A stretch of DNA of 64,000 bases from Lingula anatina. Its lineage: Eukaryota > Animalia > Brachiopoda. The notes below the pieces were generated by a model. The model was given only the letters and a program-made list of their open reading frames with translations, did not search any database and was not told where the DNA came from. The DNA lies in the NCBI GenBank assembly GCA_051362555.1, contig CM120640.1, forward strand, positions 28,916,503-28,980,502, in the 5' to 3' direction. Below are positions 25,232 through 39,900 of this stretch, piece by piece. Numbering within the stretch: position 1 is the first letter of the stretch; the number at the start of each line of letters is the position of its first letter. The translations under genes and the position numbers were made by a program.

Positions 25232-25786
25232 ATGTTTCAACAAGCCAAGAAGGAGAGGAGAGAGAAACGAATCATAGGATATATCCTGGTTGTGCTTGTT
25301 CTGATTATGGCTTTTTTGGGAGGTATGATTGTCCAGCTGTTCCTGAGCAGCTCCGTTCACAACGTCATCCAGTACACGTCGGTTTACGGGCCACTGAACT
25401 GCAGATCTGTTGTGGCCGGAGAGGCTGGCGAGAGCACCAGATCTAACAAAAGACCCATGTATTACAGGATAGAAAACTTCGGAAATTATAAACCTAAGGG
25501 ACCATTAACACCCAACTTGGTTTTAAACGGCTACAAGTCGCAACAGCATGGATTATTTTATTCAAGGGACCTCTTGTGCATTTTATACCTGAGAAATACT
25601 GTAAAGCATACTGAAAATGTTAATCATATCGGCAAAAATAGTGCTGTCGCAAAGCTTGATTTGAACAGAAGAAGGGAAGAATACACTGCTTATCGTACGC
25701 TGCCTACCAAACCATTGAAAAAGAGCATGCAAATATTTGCCAGATTACACAAACTTGTAAAAACAGACAAGCCAACGAAAAATTGA
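25232..25786 (+). CDS. Hypothetical 184-aa single-pass (type II-like) membrane protein
   Basis: 555-nt ORF in AT-rich DNA. A basic N-terminus (KKERREKR) is directly followed by hydrophobic IIGYILVVLVLIMAFLGGMIVQLFL. No recognised domain; the start is uncertain. Confidence 0.45.
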   Translation: MFQQAKKERREKRIIGYILVVLVLIMAFLGGMIVQLFLSSSVHNVIQYTSVYGPLNCRSVVAGEAGESTRSNKRPMYYRIENFGNYKPKGPLTPNLVLNGYKSQQHGLFYSRDLLCILYLRNTVKHTENVNHIGKNSAVAKLDLNRRREEYTAYRTLPTKPLKKSMQIFARLHKLVKTDKPTKN

Positions 25787-28016
25787 TTTTTTTCATTAAG
25801 GAGCGCTGTTAACATTGTGGAAGATCCTAAAGGTGACGTAACTGGACCCTCACAAGCCTCGGGATTAGAACAGAAATCTTATGTCTTGTTTGAATCGATC
25901 TCGTCTTAATTTCATAGAATGAATGTGATGGGCACTGCGCGAGCACGTTGCCATATTGATCACAATATTGGCTTCGTTTAATTCATATACTGCTATCTAT
26001 ATCTACTTTACACGGAGGAGTTGTTAGGATTGATAGGAATTTATTTGCAATTGCAGATAACATAAATGCTTTTTTTTTTTTTGCATAGCCTCATAACTTA
26101 CCACACAGTCAGTCTGCTAGCGTCCTAAATATTCCGTTTATTATTTTCCACTAAAGATATTTATCCTAGGAGACTGATTTTAAATTTGAGCTTTTTTGTG
26201 ATGGAAAAATGGCTTTCACCTGTTTACATGTGGGATTATCACATTATCGCGCGTTTATTAAGGCTTGAGTGAAATGACGATGAAGTACAATGGTCACCTG
26301 TCTACTTAAAAGTAAAGTTGTTCGTAGAAGCTGACGTCCATGAAAATATAAAAATGAAATGGACAATGAAGACTACGTTACAGTTTTTCTTAAAGATGAG
26401 CTATCTCAAAAGGAGACACGATCTGGAGTGAAGATGTGATTGCGTTAGATGAGCTGCCTTAGCGCAATGGATAATGTATACCGGAGGCGTCGTCTCAATG
26501 TGCCGTGTAATAAATCACAGGATAAGGGCTGTATTGTCCCAAAAAGTAATGACACTAGATGCATGTATGGTAGAGTTTAACAGGTTGAATGTCACAGTTA
26601 GTGAAAGGAAAGCTGCGTCACCTATAACTAGGCATTTCAATTTGCTACGTTTATAATCTTGAATTACTTTTGTTTATTTCGTGAATACTTTTCAAAATGT
26701 AACCCCGAGCTTTTATATGGCGGTATCGAACTCTTAAAAGACTGACTCTGTGCCGCCATATTGTTAATCTAAAAAATTGATTTGGACTCTTGCTCGCTTG
26801 TATGAATGCTGTTCCCGAAAGGTATCCGCATATCGTATATCATGTCTATTTCTAAAAGACAAAATCAACTTTTGCCGCGGTTTTTTGCAATATGATGAAT
26901 AAAAGACAACGTACGATGACTACCTTTGGTTATATTCGATTAACTGTGCGTGTGTGTGTAAAGTTTTGAAGTTGTCAACATCAGTGGTTGTATGCTTTAT
27001 TTTTATATTTTTTCTCAAGGTGTCTTCCTTATTAAAGATATCCCATCAGCTGCTTTCTCCTCCAAATTAAATATTACTCATAGAAACAAATATTTTCCCA
27101 CTTAAGAGTTATTGCTCGGTGCGTCTGTGCACTTAAATTTAAAGGGGTTTTAGTATTGTTACGGTCTGAATTGGACAAGATGAGTTGTTTAGCAGGATAT
27201 GCAGGAATAATAGGAAATTAAGACATTTGCAAATAATGCCCAATCATAAGTCTGCTTCACATTTCTTGAAAGTTACAGATTCATCCAGGGATTTGATGAA
27301 ATAGAATTTTTAAGTGTGTTAAGATTGTTAAAACAATCAAAATGAAAACAAATCCTGTTCGAATAAATGAGTCATTTTTACGAACGATTCATCGAGATTG
27401 AGGTACAGAATTTTGTAAATGCAATTACCCTGCTAACTACAGTACGGCTCGCGCAATTTTAGGGGTTCCTGAATATAAATTTGAATCCAGATACTATAAT
27501 TTGGTAGTCATGAATAAAAGAGCGATGAAGGTCAGAAGTTAAGACAGGCTAATTCCTAACCGGTTGTCAAGATTGTGCCAGAATTTGAAGCTTCAAGGTC
27601 AAAACGTTGATGAAAGGGTATTTATGCATGTTTTTACCAAGCATGCCTACTGTCTTTACTATAAGTAACCAAATACGTCACCTAGGAGACGAAGGGCGAT
27701 AATAGGCCATTACAACATCGGTATATAATGATATGCATTTTTGCCACGAAACTTAAACACAAAATTATGAAAATTCTTCAGTTTGAGTTAATGGGATCAT
27801 TTGGTACTGCGTGACGTCATACGAGACTAGAAAACGTGCGAGAAGCGGTGTGAGGCTGGGTTAACTTATTGGCGTTTAGGGTGATACTCTGTGCGCCTGG
27901 GGTGTCGCCATAAAAATGAAACTCAGAAACATGGTTATATCCATTGCTTCAAAGCACTCACTTTAGTCTGCCATTATTTCTGACCCCACTCCTATCTAAA
28001 TCCTTCAAAAAATGAA

Positions 28017-28018
28017 TT

Positions 28019-28066
<48 letters not shown>
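28017..28066. repeat. (TAA)n microsatellite
   Basis: ~15 copies of taa. Confidence 0.95.
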
Positions 28067-28067
<1 letters not shown>

Positions 28068-29484
28068 TAAAAAAAGAAAAGAAGGAAGAAAAAAAGAAAA
28101 AATCTCGTTTGATTTACATTTAGTTGCGAGACTATAGGTTATCTCGATTGACCTCTATCCAGAACAAAATGATTAATCCAATGGTACCGAAAACTTGATA
28201 AAGGCATCTATATGTTGTGTGATGAGGTATGGCAATATTTCTATCTCGTTTAAATAACAGGCGATCTGAAGTTGACGCATACTCAGCGTATCAAACGTCT
28301 GGAATTGTTCAGGTTGCGATATTTTACGCAATTCGTAATTAAACTGAAATTTTCATCAAATTAACACCAACTTAAGTTTAGTTTGTGTGTATTATATTCA
28401 AAATCTAGTGTGGGCAATGATGGAAGTGAAGCATTTGAAAGACCGGAAGACGGGGTCAAGTGAGCACGTCGTCGTGCAGCAATATCTAGTACCTCTTTCT
28501 GTCAATTTTAATGTTTTTAAAGTGCTTTTTAATGGTTACCATGTAGTTGATTAATAACCTCGCATTTTCAAAGGTCTCCTTTCCTTTCCGTCCCTGACTT
28601 AATTCCCCCAAAGTCACTCAAAAACTGTTGTTCAGTCCAACTTTGAATCAAAATCAACACATTATGCAAATTCCGTTTTCTTTTTTCTTTTTTTATTTTA
28701 TCGATGTCGTTGTTTCATGGGTGCTTGTGTTTAAAAGATAAAACGAGCATCACAACAAAACACTAGTCAATCATTCGGTCATGAAGTTGTTCATATTTTG
28801 GAACTGTTGAAGTAGATCCGGACAGCACTGATCGTCTTGATTTGAAGGATTTCTCTCTCTATTTCAGTGCAACGTGGTAATGAAGGTGCGTTAAATATGT
28901 CGGTACCCCTATGCGAAAAAGAAATCGATGGATGAATAAATTACTAACAAATCTTCTAAATTGGCAAATGAGTTAATTTATAAATGAACATTAAACAACT
29001 ATGTTTCTGTGTCTCTAAAATTGAGCTCTTCATGATTAGAATAGTATGTTCCAGTAGGTCTACCGGTTCGCGCACGGAGAGCTGTCCTTTTTTTTCTATA
29101 ATACTGTTAAAGCCAAAGTCTACTGTGTCAAGGATCTTTGTGATTTTTTTCTCTAATATTATTTCACATTTTTGTCCTATTACTTGTATACTTTTTAAGT
29201 TGTCCGTAGCTTTGTTCAATATGAAATGGAGGAGAATAACCACTGACTGCCATATCAAGAGAAGAAAGTTTTTGTACAGTATTAAGCAGTAGTGTAGTAA
29301 AAATATTAATTTAATTTGCTCATTTCTTTCTTATCTGTGGACTGTTTCAATTTTATTTATACCACAATTTTTCTCTATATCGGTTACGGTTACGGGTTTT
29401 ACATACCACCGCTTTATTCCTTCCATTTATCCTAAAGCTAAACGCTTTCACATTAATTCATGATTCATATATTCCAACATAAGT

Positions 29485-29486
<2 letters not shown>

Positions 29487-29534
<48 letters not shown>
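29487..29534. repeat. (TA)n microsatellite
   Basis: ~24 copies of ta. Confidence 0.95.
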
Positions 29535-29535
<1 letters not shown>

Positions 29536-30943
29536 TTAGTGCGCTCAGCAAGAAACCTGCCTATAAGCGAAAAATTTCAAACATTTCAAACATTTCCTTG
29601 GTTAGAAATGCATGATATACCCAACTTTTTTTACAGTTTATGTACTATAAATTTAATACTTCTTAGATAAGTAATCATTATATAGACGATAAGTCTTTTT
29701 TGCAGTTAGATTTGATAAGTCAAAAAATGTTGATAAGCGAAGCAGAATGGTAAACAAAGCAGCTATGACACATTTTGTAAAGGCCCGTCCACTTTCTTGG
29801 AATATACTTTATTTACAGAACCATAATATACAGCATATGAAGTTCTCTGCAAAATTCATTGCTCACTTTTAAAAACGCAAAATATTATTTACAGTGAACC
29901 GTCAGATTCCAGTATAGGTGCTTTGTCTAAAATTGAAAATTCATGACCACATGTGAAACAATGAGCGCATGCCAGATACTAAAGTAGCCAATATTAACCA
30001 TATTTTGATCGGAACATTTTCTACATATGATTTTCCTAGAATGCATGGTTTTGTTCGAATTCATTGTTCGAGTTAGTTTTTCTCTGTGATAATGATCTGC
30101 TTTCTGTTGAATGAAATTGACAGATTGCTCAATGGAAACTCGAGTACTCTGGAAAATATAATTTAGCCCCTAATATAGATTAAATGAGAATGGAACTTTG
30201 TTCTAAAAATCACCCCATAAGACACCGACTTTCTTGTATATCACTTAAACTGCTACATCTAACCTAAATGCTATGGGTCAACGTTGTCAGAAAATTAATA
30301 AAAGTACGGTGAATCATGAAACAAAATGTGCTAATGCTGTCGTAATTCTCAGGATGTGAAAAATGGTAGCACCAATATAGATTGCTAAATACCAAGAAAT
30401 ACCAAGAAAGGAAAGTTTGCAAGCCAACCAATGAAATAGGCGCAGGATTGTTTGTGAATCGTAATAATATGTGTTGACCGATTACAGCATAATATTTCGG
30501 ATAATTTCTTATTGAATATGTAATATCAATTTCAATCCTTAAAATAAAATAAAATAAAATAGATAAATAAGCGGCCTTGATTTAGCAAATTTCGAACAAT
30601 TTTCGAACAATATTCTGTTTGCTGGCTTTCTTCGTGTAGATGATGATGTGAATGTTTGTGGTAGTTTAGGATGGAGAATGCAATCAAATGCTGAAGCTAA
30701 AAAACGATAATCCAAAATAATCGGACCATATTCAGCAAATTCGATATCGTAATTAGTTAAGAACGACAAAAATCACTAAAGAATAAATTTTGTGAACGTA
30801 ATAAATAAAACTGCTTAACTTTGGTTGTAAATATTGAATATGCTGTAGATCCTTGAACGCCCCCAAAATATACTAGACAAGCAGACTATTCTGTCAACAA
30901 CTCAGTCCTCAAGTGCACGTTTATCTTTCACCACTTCCTATTT

Positions 30944-33900
30944 TCATCGTCCTTCGTATGCACAGGCGTAATAGTGAGTAGGTCCCCGGTAAAATCCGTT
31001 CATTCCCGACGGATAACTCGGGTAATTTAGATTCCTAGAATGCCTGGCTTTTGCCATGCTCATATAGTCCGGGCTCCCGTATGAGTGGTAGGAGTAACCG
31101 CCATCAGAGAAAGAAGACCCTGTCGACAGCTGGGGAGCAGCCACGGAACACTGTTCGGGAAAACTGACCGGAAGCATTACCCCGTGCGCTGACTGGAGGG
31201 GGCTACCGTTCAACATGTCCGTTGATTTTAAAGAGTCCGATTCTACATTTAACCCGTTTTGTGCGTTGTTTTCGTTTTCTTCGTCTTCTGTAATTAAAGG
31301 TGGATCAGCTGATTAAAGCCTACAAAACGTTTGATACATGTCTAGCTATGCGTTATTTGTAATGCGGGCAATTGGGTAAATTATGCTCCAGTAAATTGTT
31401 AGATAAAGCAACATTGAAATATTTTGTAAAATAATTTTTTTTTAATCATTTATTGCTAGATTCAATTTACTTTATATTTCCTTAGCTGAAAGACTTTGTC
31501 TACGTATTTTACCATTTCCGTTCATGCAGGAAAAAATCACTAAAGCGGGAAACAATGGCATCCGGTATGTAGCACCAGTATGTTTCACATACTCTCTCAA
31601 ACATCTCTCCAGCATTAATGAAATACATTGACTTCTTAATTTTCAGCCTTTGGTTTTTTATCACCACGAGATTTTATTTTTCAAATTCATTCGATTAAGA
31701 GAGAGAGAGAAAGAGAGAGGGAGAAATAAATAAGTTAACCTTTATGTTCTTGTAGTTTCAGTGAGTTTTTCCGCCTCCCCGGTATTCTGACTAATTGCAT
31801 GGAGCTAGGCCGCGTGTGGTTTCTCTGCCTGCTGCAGATGGCAGGGTGGTTCACGTTTGTGATGGACTCGATGACACTGAAACGGAACAAATTGACTATT
31901 CTCACTTTCAGATCTTTGATGTGCGCGTTAGAACATTAGGGGGTTAAAAGTCACAACAGAAGAATCACAAACGCTCGAAGCGTTTCTTAGATACCAAGCA
32001 AGGTTGCATCTGAAATACATGGTTAAGTTCTAGTTTAAAGTTCGCAATGACAGTATGTGTACCGTTACAAGTGGGGGAAAAACTTACCAGTCGTCTGCTT
32101 CTGCGTCTCGAAAACCTTTTGCGAAGGGGTTGCTGGCTATTTTTAATTGGGTAATCTGGAAATATAATTTTCAGACAAAAATTAACGAGCTGCATTTCCA
32201 GAACACCATCGCGTTTTAATAATTCTGGTGTAATTTCATCCGTTATTTTGCAGCTCCGACGGTGGCCAGAAAAAACATTGTTAATGTAATCCGACTTTCC
32301 AGTTTATACAACTCTGCGTTAATAGGGAGCGACTCGTGGTGCCTTTTCACCTTTTTCAGTTTCGTATATCTCCATGCATCAACTACCAGGCTTCTTAAAT
32401 GTCAAGTTACAGCTGAATCCGTTCATTATTTAATCTCTGTCACTCACTCTCTAATTACCAAAGGTTCTTACCAGCCCGGGAAATCTTAGTCTTAATTAAC
32501 TTTGATAGGGGAACTAACGATCACCTTTGTCTCAATTCACCCCGATAGTTTACAGAACCCCGCATAAATAAAAAAAACTCCTAGCCAGAGTCTGTTCAGC
32601 ACTGGATTAGTGTAAATTGTGAAGAAAGGGTTAGTGGACAAATCAGTCATAGACTAGTGGTCAGGTTTAGAGAACCGGTGCCTAATCTTCGTTCAATGAA
32701 AAGAAACCGTAGTTATGGATTATTTTAGATTAAATGAATTACATCAGAAATCTAATGCAGTAGTAACTCCTGTAATGTTGATATCAATAGAACGGCTGTT
32801 TCGCGTTCTTTCCCAAATTTTACTTTTACCACTTTTTCTCGGTCACCACTGTTCTACTGCCTTATGTTTTGGCAGTGATTTGATATAGCTATTCATAATA
32901 GAAGAATAGGCATTTCCATGCTTACTGAAGGCATTTCATTAAACTAGTAAATATATTTCATTTTCTAGATAAATGTAAATCAGTAAATAAATCCGTTTTT
33001 CTGAAAAACAAAAACGCATACTGATTTTTGTTTTGTGTACACCTTTGCTATTTTTCTGTGCTTTTACGCATCTTTAAATTTCATAGTGCACGAACAATTT
33101 ACAAGAATAACATCACTCGACACTATCGTAAAAATAACAATTAACTATGAAGAAAAAACATTCAAATTCTTACCCTGTGATTTTGATATGCTGTTACTGC
33201 TGTGAATTTTGTTTCTATGAAAACAAACGTTTTGTAGGTCTGACATTGTGATACGTCCTCCGCTTTGGGGTTCACGTAGATCACGTGAAAACGAGGTTGG
33301 AATTTGTGCATTGAATTCAGGATTATCTAGACGGAGAAAAACAAAACAGTATCACATGTACATAGATAAAAAAAATTGGCAAGGGTATTTTAAATACCAA
33401 ATGTCAATGGTAAAGATTAGAAGATTATGAGAATCTTTGCCATTTTCATCGAAAAAAGCAACCATTACATCCAAGTGTCTAGCATGGCTTCAGCCATTTC
33501 CCCACCTAACAGATGTAACTTATAACTTGAATTAATTCGCGGTTTAAATGATTATAAACCACTATACATCATTACTTTAAAATATTAAACTTGAGTTTTT
33601 CAAAAAATGAATTTATAAATCTAAGAAGAGGATCACACTACCCTGGAAATGTACATGACTTTTATTCTATATGAATATGTATCTAAATACATGTGTAATG
33701 CACTATTCTTATACACACTTGTAAACATTAACAAGATCATTGGAACAGCTCCGATGTTTTCTCTTCTGTCTTTTTCCGCATAGATTGCGAGCGAAACGCA
33801 TTCCTTAAAATTATTCCATATGATTTTCTTGATTAATTCAGCATTCCTTACAACTCAAGGATAAACATTATATACTTATGTTTATTTTTAAATCTATGTC

Positions 33901-36900
33901 ATTCAGATCTCTCTTTTTCTAACAAGCAAAAACTGCATTTTCAAATCATCTCCCGCATTTTACAAAAACTTACGTGTCCGTTCTCGTCCATTAGATTATT
34001 GGTCAGCTTCAACTTGTCGAAGGACACCACTTGTTTCATCCACTGTGCCCCCTTGGCCGGAGAGTCCGGGTGGACGTGTATGCGGCCGGGCATGTGGGGG
34101 TCAGCCTTACTGGCCACCACCCAGCTGGACGTATGGAAGGAGTAGCGGTAGCGCTTGTCATCGCACGGGATAAAGTCCATCACTAACATATAGTCCGACA
34201 TAGGGTCCAGCCCGAAAAGACGTACTTGAAACGTGGGGAACATGCGCCTGTGGATGATATTTTTCTTTAGATTATCACTGTGAATTAATTAAAAATTGAG
34301 CTAATTTTGGGCTAATTTTGTTTTTAACACTTAGAGAATGTTTTGAAAATAGAGTATGTTAAGAACGGTCAATAGTTCAAGTGCTAAAGATCTTTCATCA
34401 AATGTAAAGAACCTTAATCTAATGTAATAGCTGACAAAAAAAAAATCCAAAAATGGAATTTAACATGGCTCTCTTAGATATGTACTATTCTTAAATTAAA
34501 AGAATGCCTAGCGCATGGATTAAATGGAAAAATGACCTTTGGTAAAATACCTGAGGTTATGTTACATTTACAATTACTAAACCATATACTGATAAAATTG
34601 TAACCTGGCAAGTTCTTGAAAACAGAAGGTGCCTGACAACCACAGTTTAATCGTCTTTGCGAGTGATCTAGCAAAATGTTGATAAAATAGAATAAACTGG
34701 GGATCATCTTCAAAATAAATTTGGTTTGCTTTGCTTTTTATCTGTCTGAAATAACTATCCTCTAAAATCTTCTTTCGTAATATTTGCTTTGAAACCACCC
34801 AAATATGCAATTGTGTTCTTTCTAATGTTCAAAATTTCTTCACCCACCGCTATAATTTATACGAAGAGAAATATCTCAACCGTTACTCATAATCTAACTG
34901 TGACTCGAAGTTAAAAGCAAAGACTGGACATCGGCGTGGAATGTTAACACAATGAATGTCGCTGTATTTCGGGCTGTACCTAAGTCTACTTGATTTAATA
35001 ATTATATTAATAATGTTACAAACCTAAGTTAAAAAGTGTATTCTGACCAAATGTTAATCAACGTTCCACTTCCTTCATAATTATCACATGATAAACTTTA
35101 GATCTATATCATTATTCCGACTGAAACGTTGTATCATAGGTTTGATTATGACGATTTTTTAACGTAAAAATGCAGATGCTGATGTCAGCTGCGATTGGTG
35201 ACAAATACACCTCGTTAAGAGGGTTAAGTGGCTTTATTTGATATGATTACTAATATATGCTTTTCGGACTTTTCCGGTTCTTTGGCAAATTACTTTTTCA
35301 TCTTAAACTTAATCATCTGGGCCAGTTGTGCTAAAAAATTAAGTCGAACGGTGGTCTTTATTTCAGCATTGAAGACATTTAAGACTTAAAAGTTTTATCA
35401 GTGGTAATATGTCTTTTTTTTTACAAAAAGTACGACATGGCTTACGTTAATTATTTAAAAATAATAGACTAAAACACACATATTTTATATAAAAATAGAC
35501 CAAAATTCCGTCTTCAAATTTAAGACAAACCTACTTCAGTTATACTGTGAAATTTAGCCTAGACACTAAATTCTCAGCAAAAGTGTACCTTAAGCTTTCT
35601 CCAGGCGTGTCATTTAATAGACGGCTTCTTAAAAGAATTTTTAGTCAAAACTTTTAGGCTAATTTTTTGGCTTACTTTTACTCAATTCAGATTTGTAGTT
35701 GTCCACTTCAGTGAAATAGTGCACCTGATTTATAAAGAGAAATAAATGATCAATAGAGAATTTACTTTTATCGACGACTGTGGATTTCTCTTGGATCAAA
35801 CTACACTAAAATTTTACGTCTTAAAATTATGAAATTAAGACCAATTTAAGGCCTAAAGTTCTTTGGACCCTTACTTCATGTACTGAGGAGACTTCAATTC
35901 AATTCAAGCCCAATTATATGCTATAATAAAAAGTTTTTTTTATTTTTTTTGAAATCCTCAATCATTATAAGACCTAACTTGTAAAAATCAGTATTCTATA
36001 TCCAAGCATCCTCCGAAGGAAAGCTGTCGACTTTAAACTATTGACATACCAGATGGTACTAAAAAATATATATCTGTCAATAAAATTAACAAGGTAAATA
36101 TTTTGACAAATATAATATATATTAAAGGATTGATGAGCCAACTGTTTGCATCATACTTAAGAATCCGGCAATTTAGTGTCCAGAAGTCACTTAGTAAGTT
36201 AGGGTTGCAATTAGACCAAATTACACCAATTAGACCAAAGACCTGCAATTGTGGGACTATTAATTTTAATTGTTGTCTAAATTGTACTTCATTACTTAAA
36301 AACGAAAAAAACTTAAGCTGCATATTGTAACATAACTTTTTCATACAAGTTCAGTTCTACTTTCAGTTTTTCTTTAATTCCCATGTAGGCATCTTGTACA
36401 TTTACTTACAACCTAAAATAATGTCAGCATGCACATACAACATTGATTTTTCTGTTAAGTGGACATTTTCGCTATATTTGCACTCTCCAAGAAGTTTTCA
36501 TGAATTTCCTGGCAAGCAGGTTTTAAAATCTGTATCATAAACGAATGACAATCACAAACAGCTAAATCTGTTGTCTTGCATGTAGTTTTTATTCCTGATG
36601 ACAAAACACAATAAATATCTGCTGGTTTAACATCACATTTCATAACACGCAAGCCCCATTCTTTCGAACGGATATTTCGATAATTGGTCATCATTTAGTG
36701 AAATAGAAAACAAGTGCTAATAGACCGTCAGTTTTAAAATATTTTCGACTTCAAAGGGGAGGTTAGTCAAACTTAATGGGCATATATTTCCCAATGTTTT
36801 TATCCCACGTGCGGTCTTATCACCCTGTTTTTCACAGTCATTAATTGAAAAGGTCAGTTAGTCATTGAAATTTGTCAAAGTATAGCTTTACACTGACTTT

Positions 36901-39900
36901 AGACCCCCTTTTTCTGGCTGTAAAAAAGTCAAGAGAATAACCCAACCCGAGACATTCAAGTTGCAGCGGCTACGATTGGATTATTTTGGGTATGACGTTA
37001 TTTATAATTTTTCGTTAGGTCAGTCGTATTAATAAATCGTTCTCCCAGCTTAGATGTAACGACTTACTTTGAAAAAAAAACCTTGAAAGGGCGATTTATG
37101 TCAAGTACTACAGATATTACAGATGCATCAAGCAGGGACGCTGATACAATGCACATTTAAGGGTGAAGTGCAACTTTTTCTTCTGATATCTTGAAAATCG
37201 AGAGCGCAAAAAAGCTCTCTGTTACTTGAGGCACAATACAACATTGACTGTGTACTGAAATAAATAGTCACAAGAAGTCATCAGTTTCAAACAAAATTTC
37301 CTTGGTTGGGGAGTATTGGAGATGTAATTTGATTTCTCATTCTGCAAGGTTTATAAACACACCAGCAGGCAAAACAGATCATTTGCCCCGCAGAGTTTAT
37401 ATACTGCCCATCCCTGGGTGCTATCCGTTGCTCACAACAGTAACAAAGCAAACATAGATTTATACCCAAGAACTTTAAAAACCATTCTTCACTTGCTATT
37501 ATTGAATTTGATGTAAGAATTTTAGTTTGCTTTTTTTCTCTTTTTTTTTTCTTCCTTTTGACATTTTTCTTCTTTTGCTTCCTTCTCAAAGTTCTCAAAA
37601 CGATCCTTTTGACGTTTGGCCCTTACTTCTCTCCCGCGAAAAAAAAAAACCAACCTTATCAAACTGACGAAGCAGGTGCTATCAAAAATAAACGAACTCT
37701 ACATCTGAAACATCAAGCGCATCGTATTTTAGAAAGTCTATGTACCGAAAATACCACCAAGGTTGAGAAGCCCTCTTCCAGCCCATTCGGCAACTCATTT
37801 GTTTCAATTATTATGGGCCCATATATCACACGGCAACCTGTTAAAGTCAACTCAAGCATCACAACAAGGGAAGCAAACGGCCAAAGATGCAAACTGGAGG
37901 GCAAGATAGATGGGAGCGCTCATACACACCTTGACAATAAAGATAAATATTTTGCTTGGGTTTTTTATCGAATGTTTACGTTACGAAAATATTGCTTGGT
38001 TATGTTTGGATTTCCAATGTATCTATTTTGAGTCCGCTTCACGCCTCGTTTTACGAAGAACGAAAAGAAAGTTGATCTGATTTTTAATAGCTTTTTTTGT
38101 CTCATGCTTTTTATTTTCGTTCTTATCAAATATATTCATTTCATCAGATATTTTAGCTTCATTTTATTCATTTTTGTCCTTATTGTCATTATCACTTCGC
38201 TCAAAAATCGTCTTATGAATAATGCATAGTCATATTTTTGTGTATACAATTAGCTTTGACCAAATCTCGATCAAGGGGAGAATCGGGGTACAGCGCAGCT
38301 TTTTTCTAACTATATCTTATGTGTTTGCAATCATCAAAACATACAGAGAGTTGAAATTTTTTTAAAACCTTCAGTATAAAAGATTGGTATCACAGCTGAT
38401 GATGGTTCTGATTTCTTTATAAGAGTGTAAAAACAGGAGTAGATAACGCTGTTAATGAACACTACTCCATGCGAATCTATCAACTTAAGAAATGACTATA
38501 TACTATGTGCCTGGGGATAGCGTACTTTCCATCGAACCTTAGCAGATAAAGTGCTTTTTATTCATACAAAAAAAAAAAGTTTACTAAGATCTTTAAAAAA
38601 CACAATCCCCTAGACGGCCTACTTGGGACAGATAGACAGTAACATCTGTTCACATTTTGCCGTGCTACAATCTGGGGCCAAGCGCGGTTCGTGTAGTATG
38701 CCTCATTTGTTTATATTTCTAAAATCCCCAGAGAGATACACCTGCATATAGCAAAATTCATACAATACCAGGACGGCCCAAACGTTACCGCGTGCGCAAC
38801 CCGATCGGTTTCTTTGTACAACTGATATGCATATATATATTTCTGCGGTCTGGAACTCGGCGGAGAGGGGCTTTGTTGCAAAAGCCATTAGAACCAATTT
38901 ATTTACGAATCGGTGGGTGGCACAGTCGTATTATTCAAGATATTATATGTCGTGTTTTTATTTTATTTCTACGAAGTTTAAACCTTGGAATGTGTCATAT
39001 GTCATTTTCATGACTTGGCAAGTTGGCAGACTCGTGTGAAGGGTGCTCTGCTAAAAATGATTTCTGGACTTTTAAACTGCGGATGAAACGAGATATGATG
39101 CGAGATTGGGGCTGATTTTTTTAAGTTCACTAAAGACAAGATGCCGAAAAAAAGATAAATCAGGCAGGCAATATTAGTCTTTCGTACTTACGCATAAAAG
39201 CGATAAAAAGTTATCATAAGACTTAAAAACTGCTTTCTAAATTGACACAATTTGGCTATGTTTACAAATTAAGCTATGAAATGAATAGAAAACAAAAAAT
39301 AGATATTGCATAAAATACTTGATGTTAACAGTCACCGTGCTATGGCCTACTTACAAAAACAGCTGTCTTTTTTATTCTAGAAGAAAGCATGTAACTACGG
39401 CAAAATCAGCGAGACTTTGTACCTTTCTTTTCTAATTCTTATTTCTAATATACATATACATTTTTAACCGATTATGATAATTTTTTTCACTAAACTTGTT
39501 TTATTTCTCAATGATCCATCATAGAAACGAAAGAAAAAACATTTAGTCGGATCAAGCGACCTGACGGTGAATTAGTGATTATTTCCGACTGTATAAGCAT
39601 TTTAGAATAACTGAACAATGTCACATAAAAAAGTTTTGAAATAGATTTAAAATTTTGGCTAACACTTCTCTACAACAGAAAAAATGTCCCGCTAAACACA
39701 TGTTAAGCTATACACAGAAGGCGCCTGACATTTCCCTAACTCTACGCTGTCAAAGCTCACCTGCCCGCCTTGGTGACGATCATTTCCGTGCCCAATTCGT
39801 CAAACTCTCGCCACAGCTGTCGCATCTCCAGATCCGAGGTGACGTGAATCAGCTTCGGGTGGAGGGGTTTATGATTATTCTCCAAGCGTACCACTACCGG

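Noticed and set aside
35318-35872. Possible MITE beginning GGGCCAGTTGT with many ttaagac-like motifs
   Set aside because: No convincing matching right TIR or TSD found.
37287-38031. 104- and 157-aa ORFs in TBX1 intron 2
   Set aside because: They arise from T/A-run low-complexity sequence with non-ATG starts; no domain and no splice fit.
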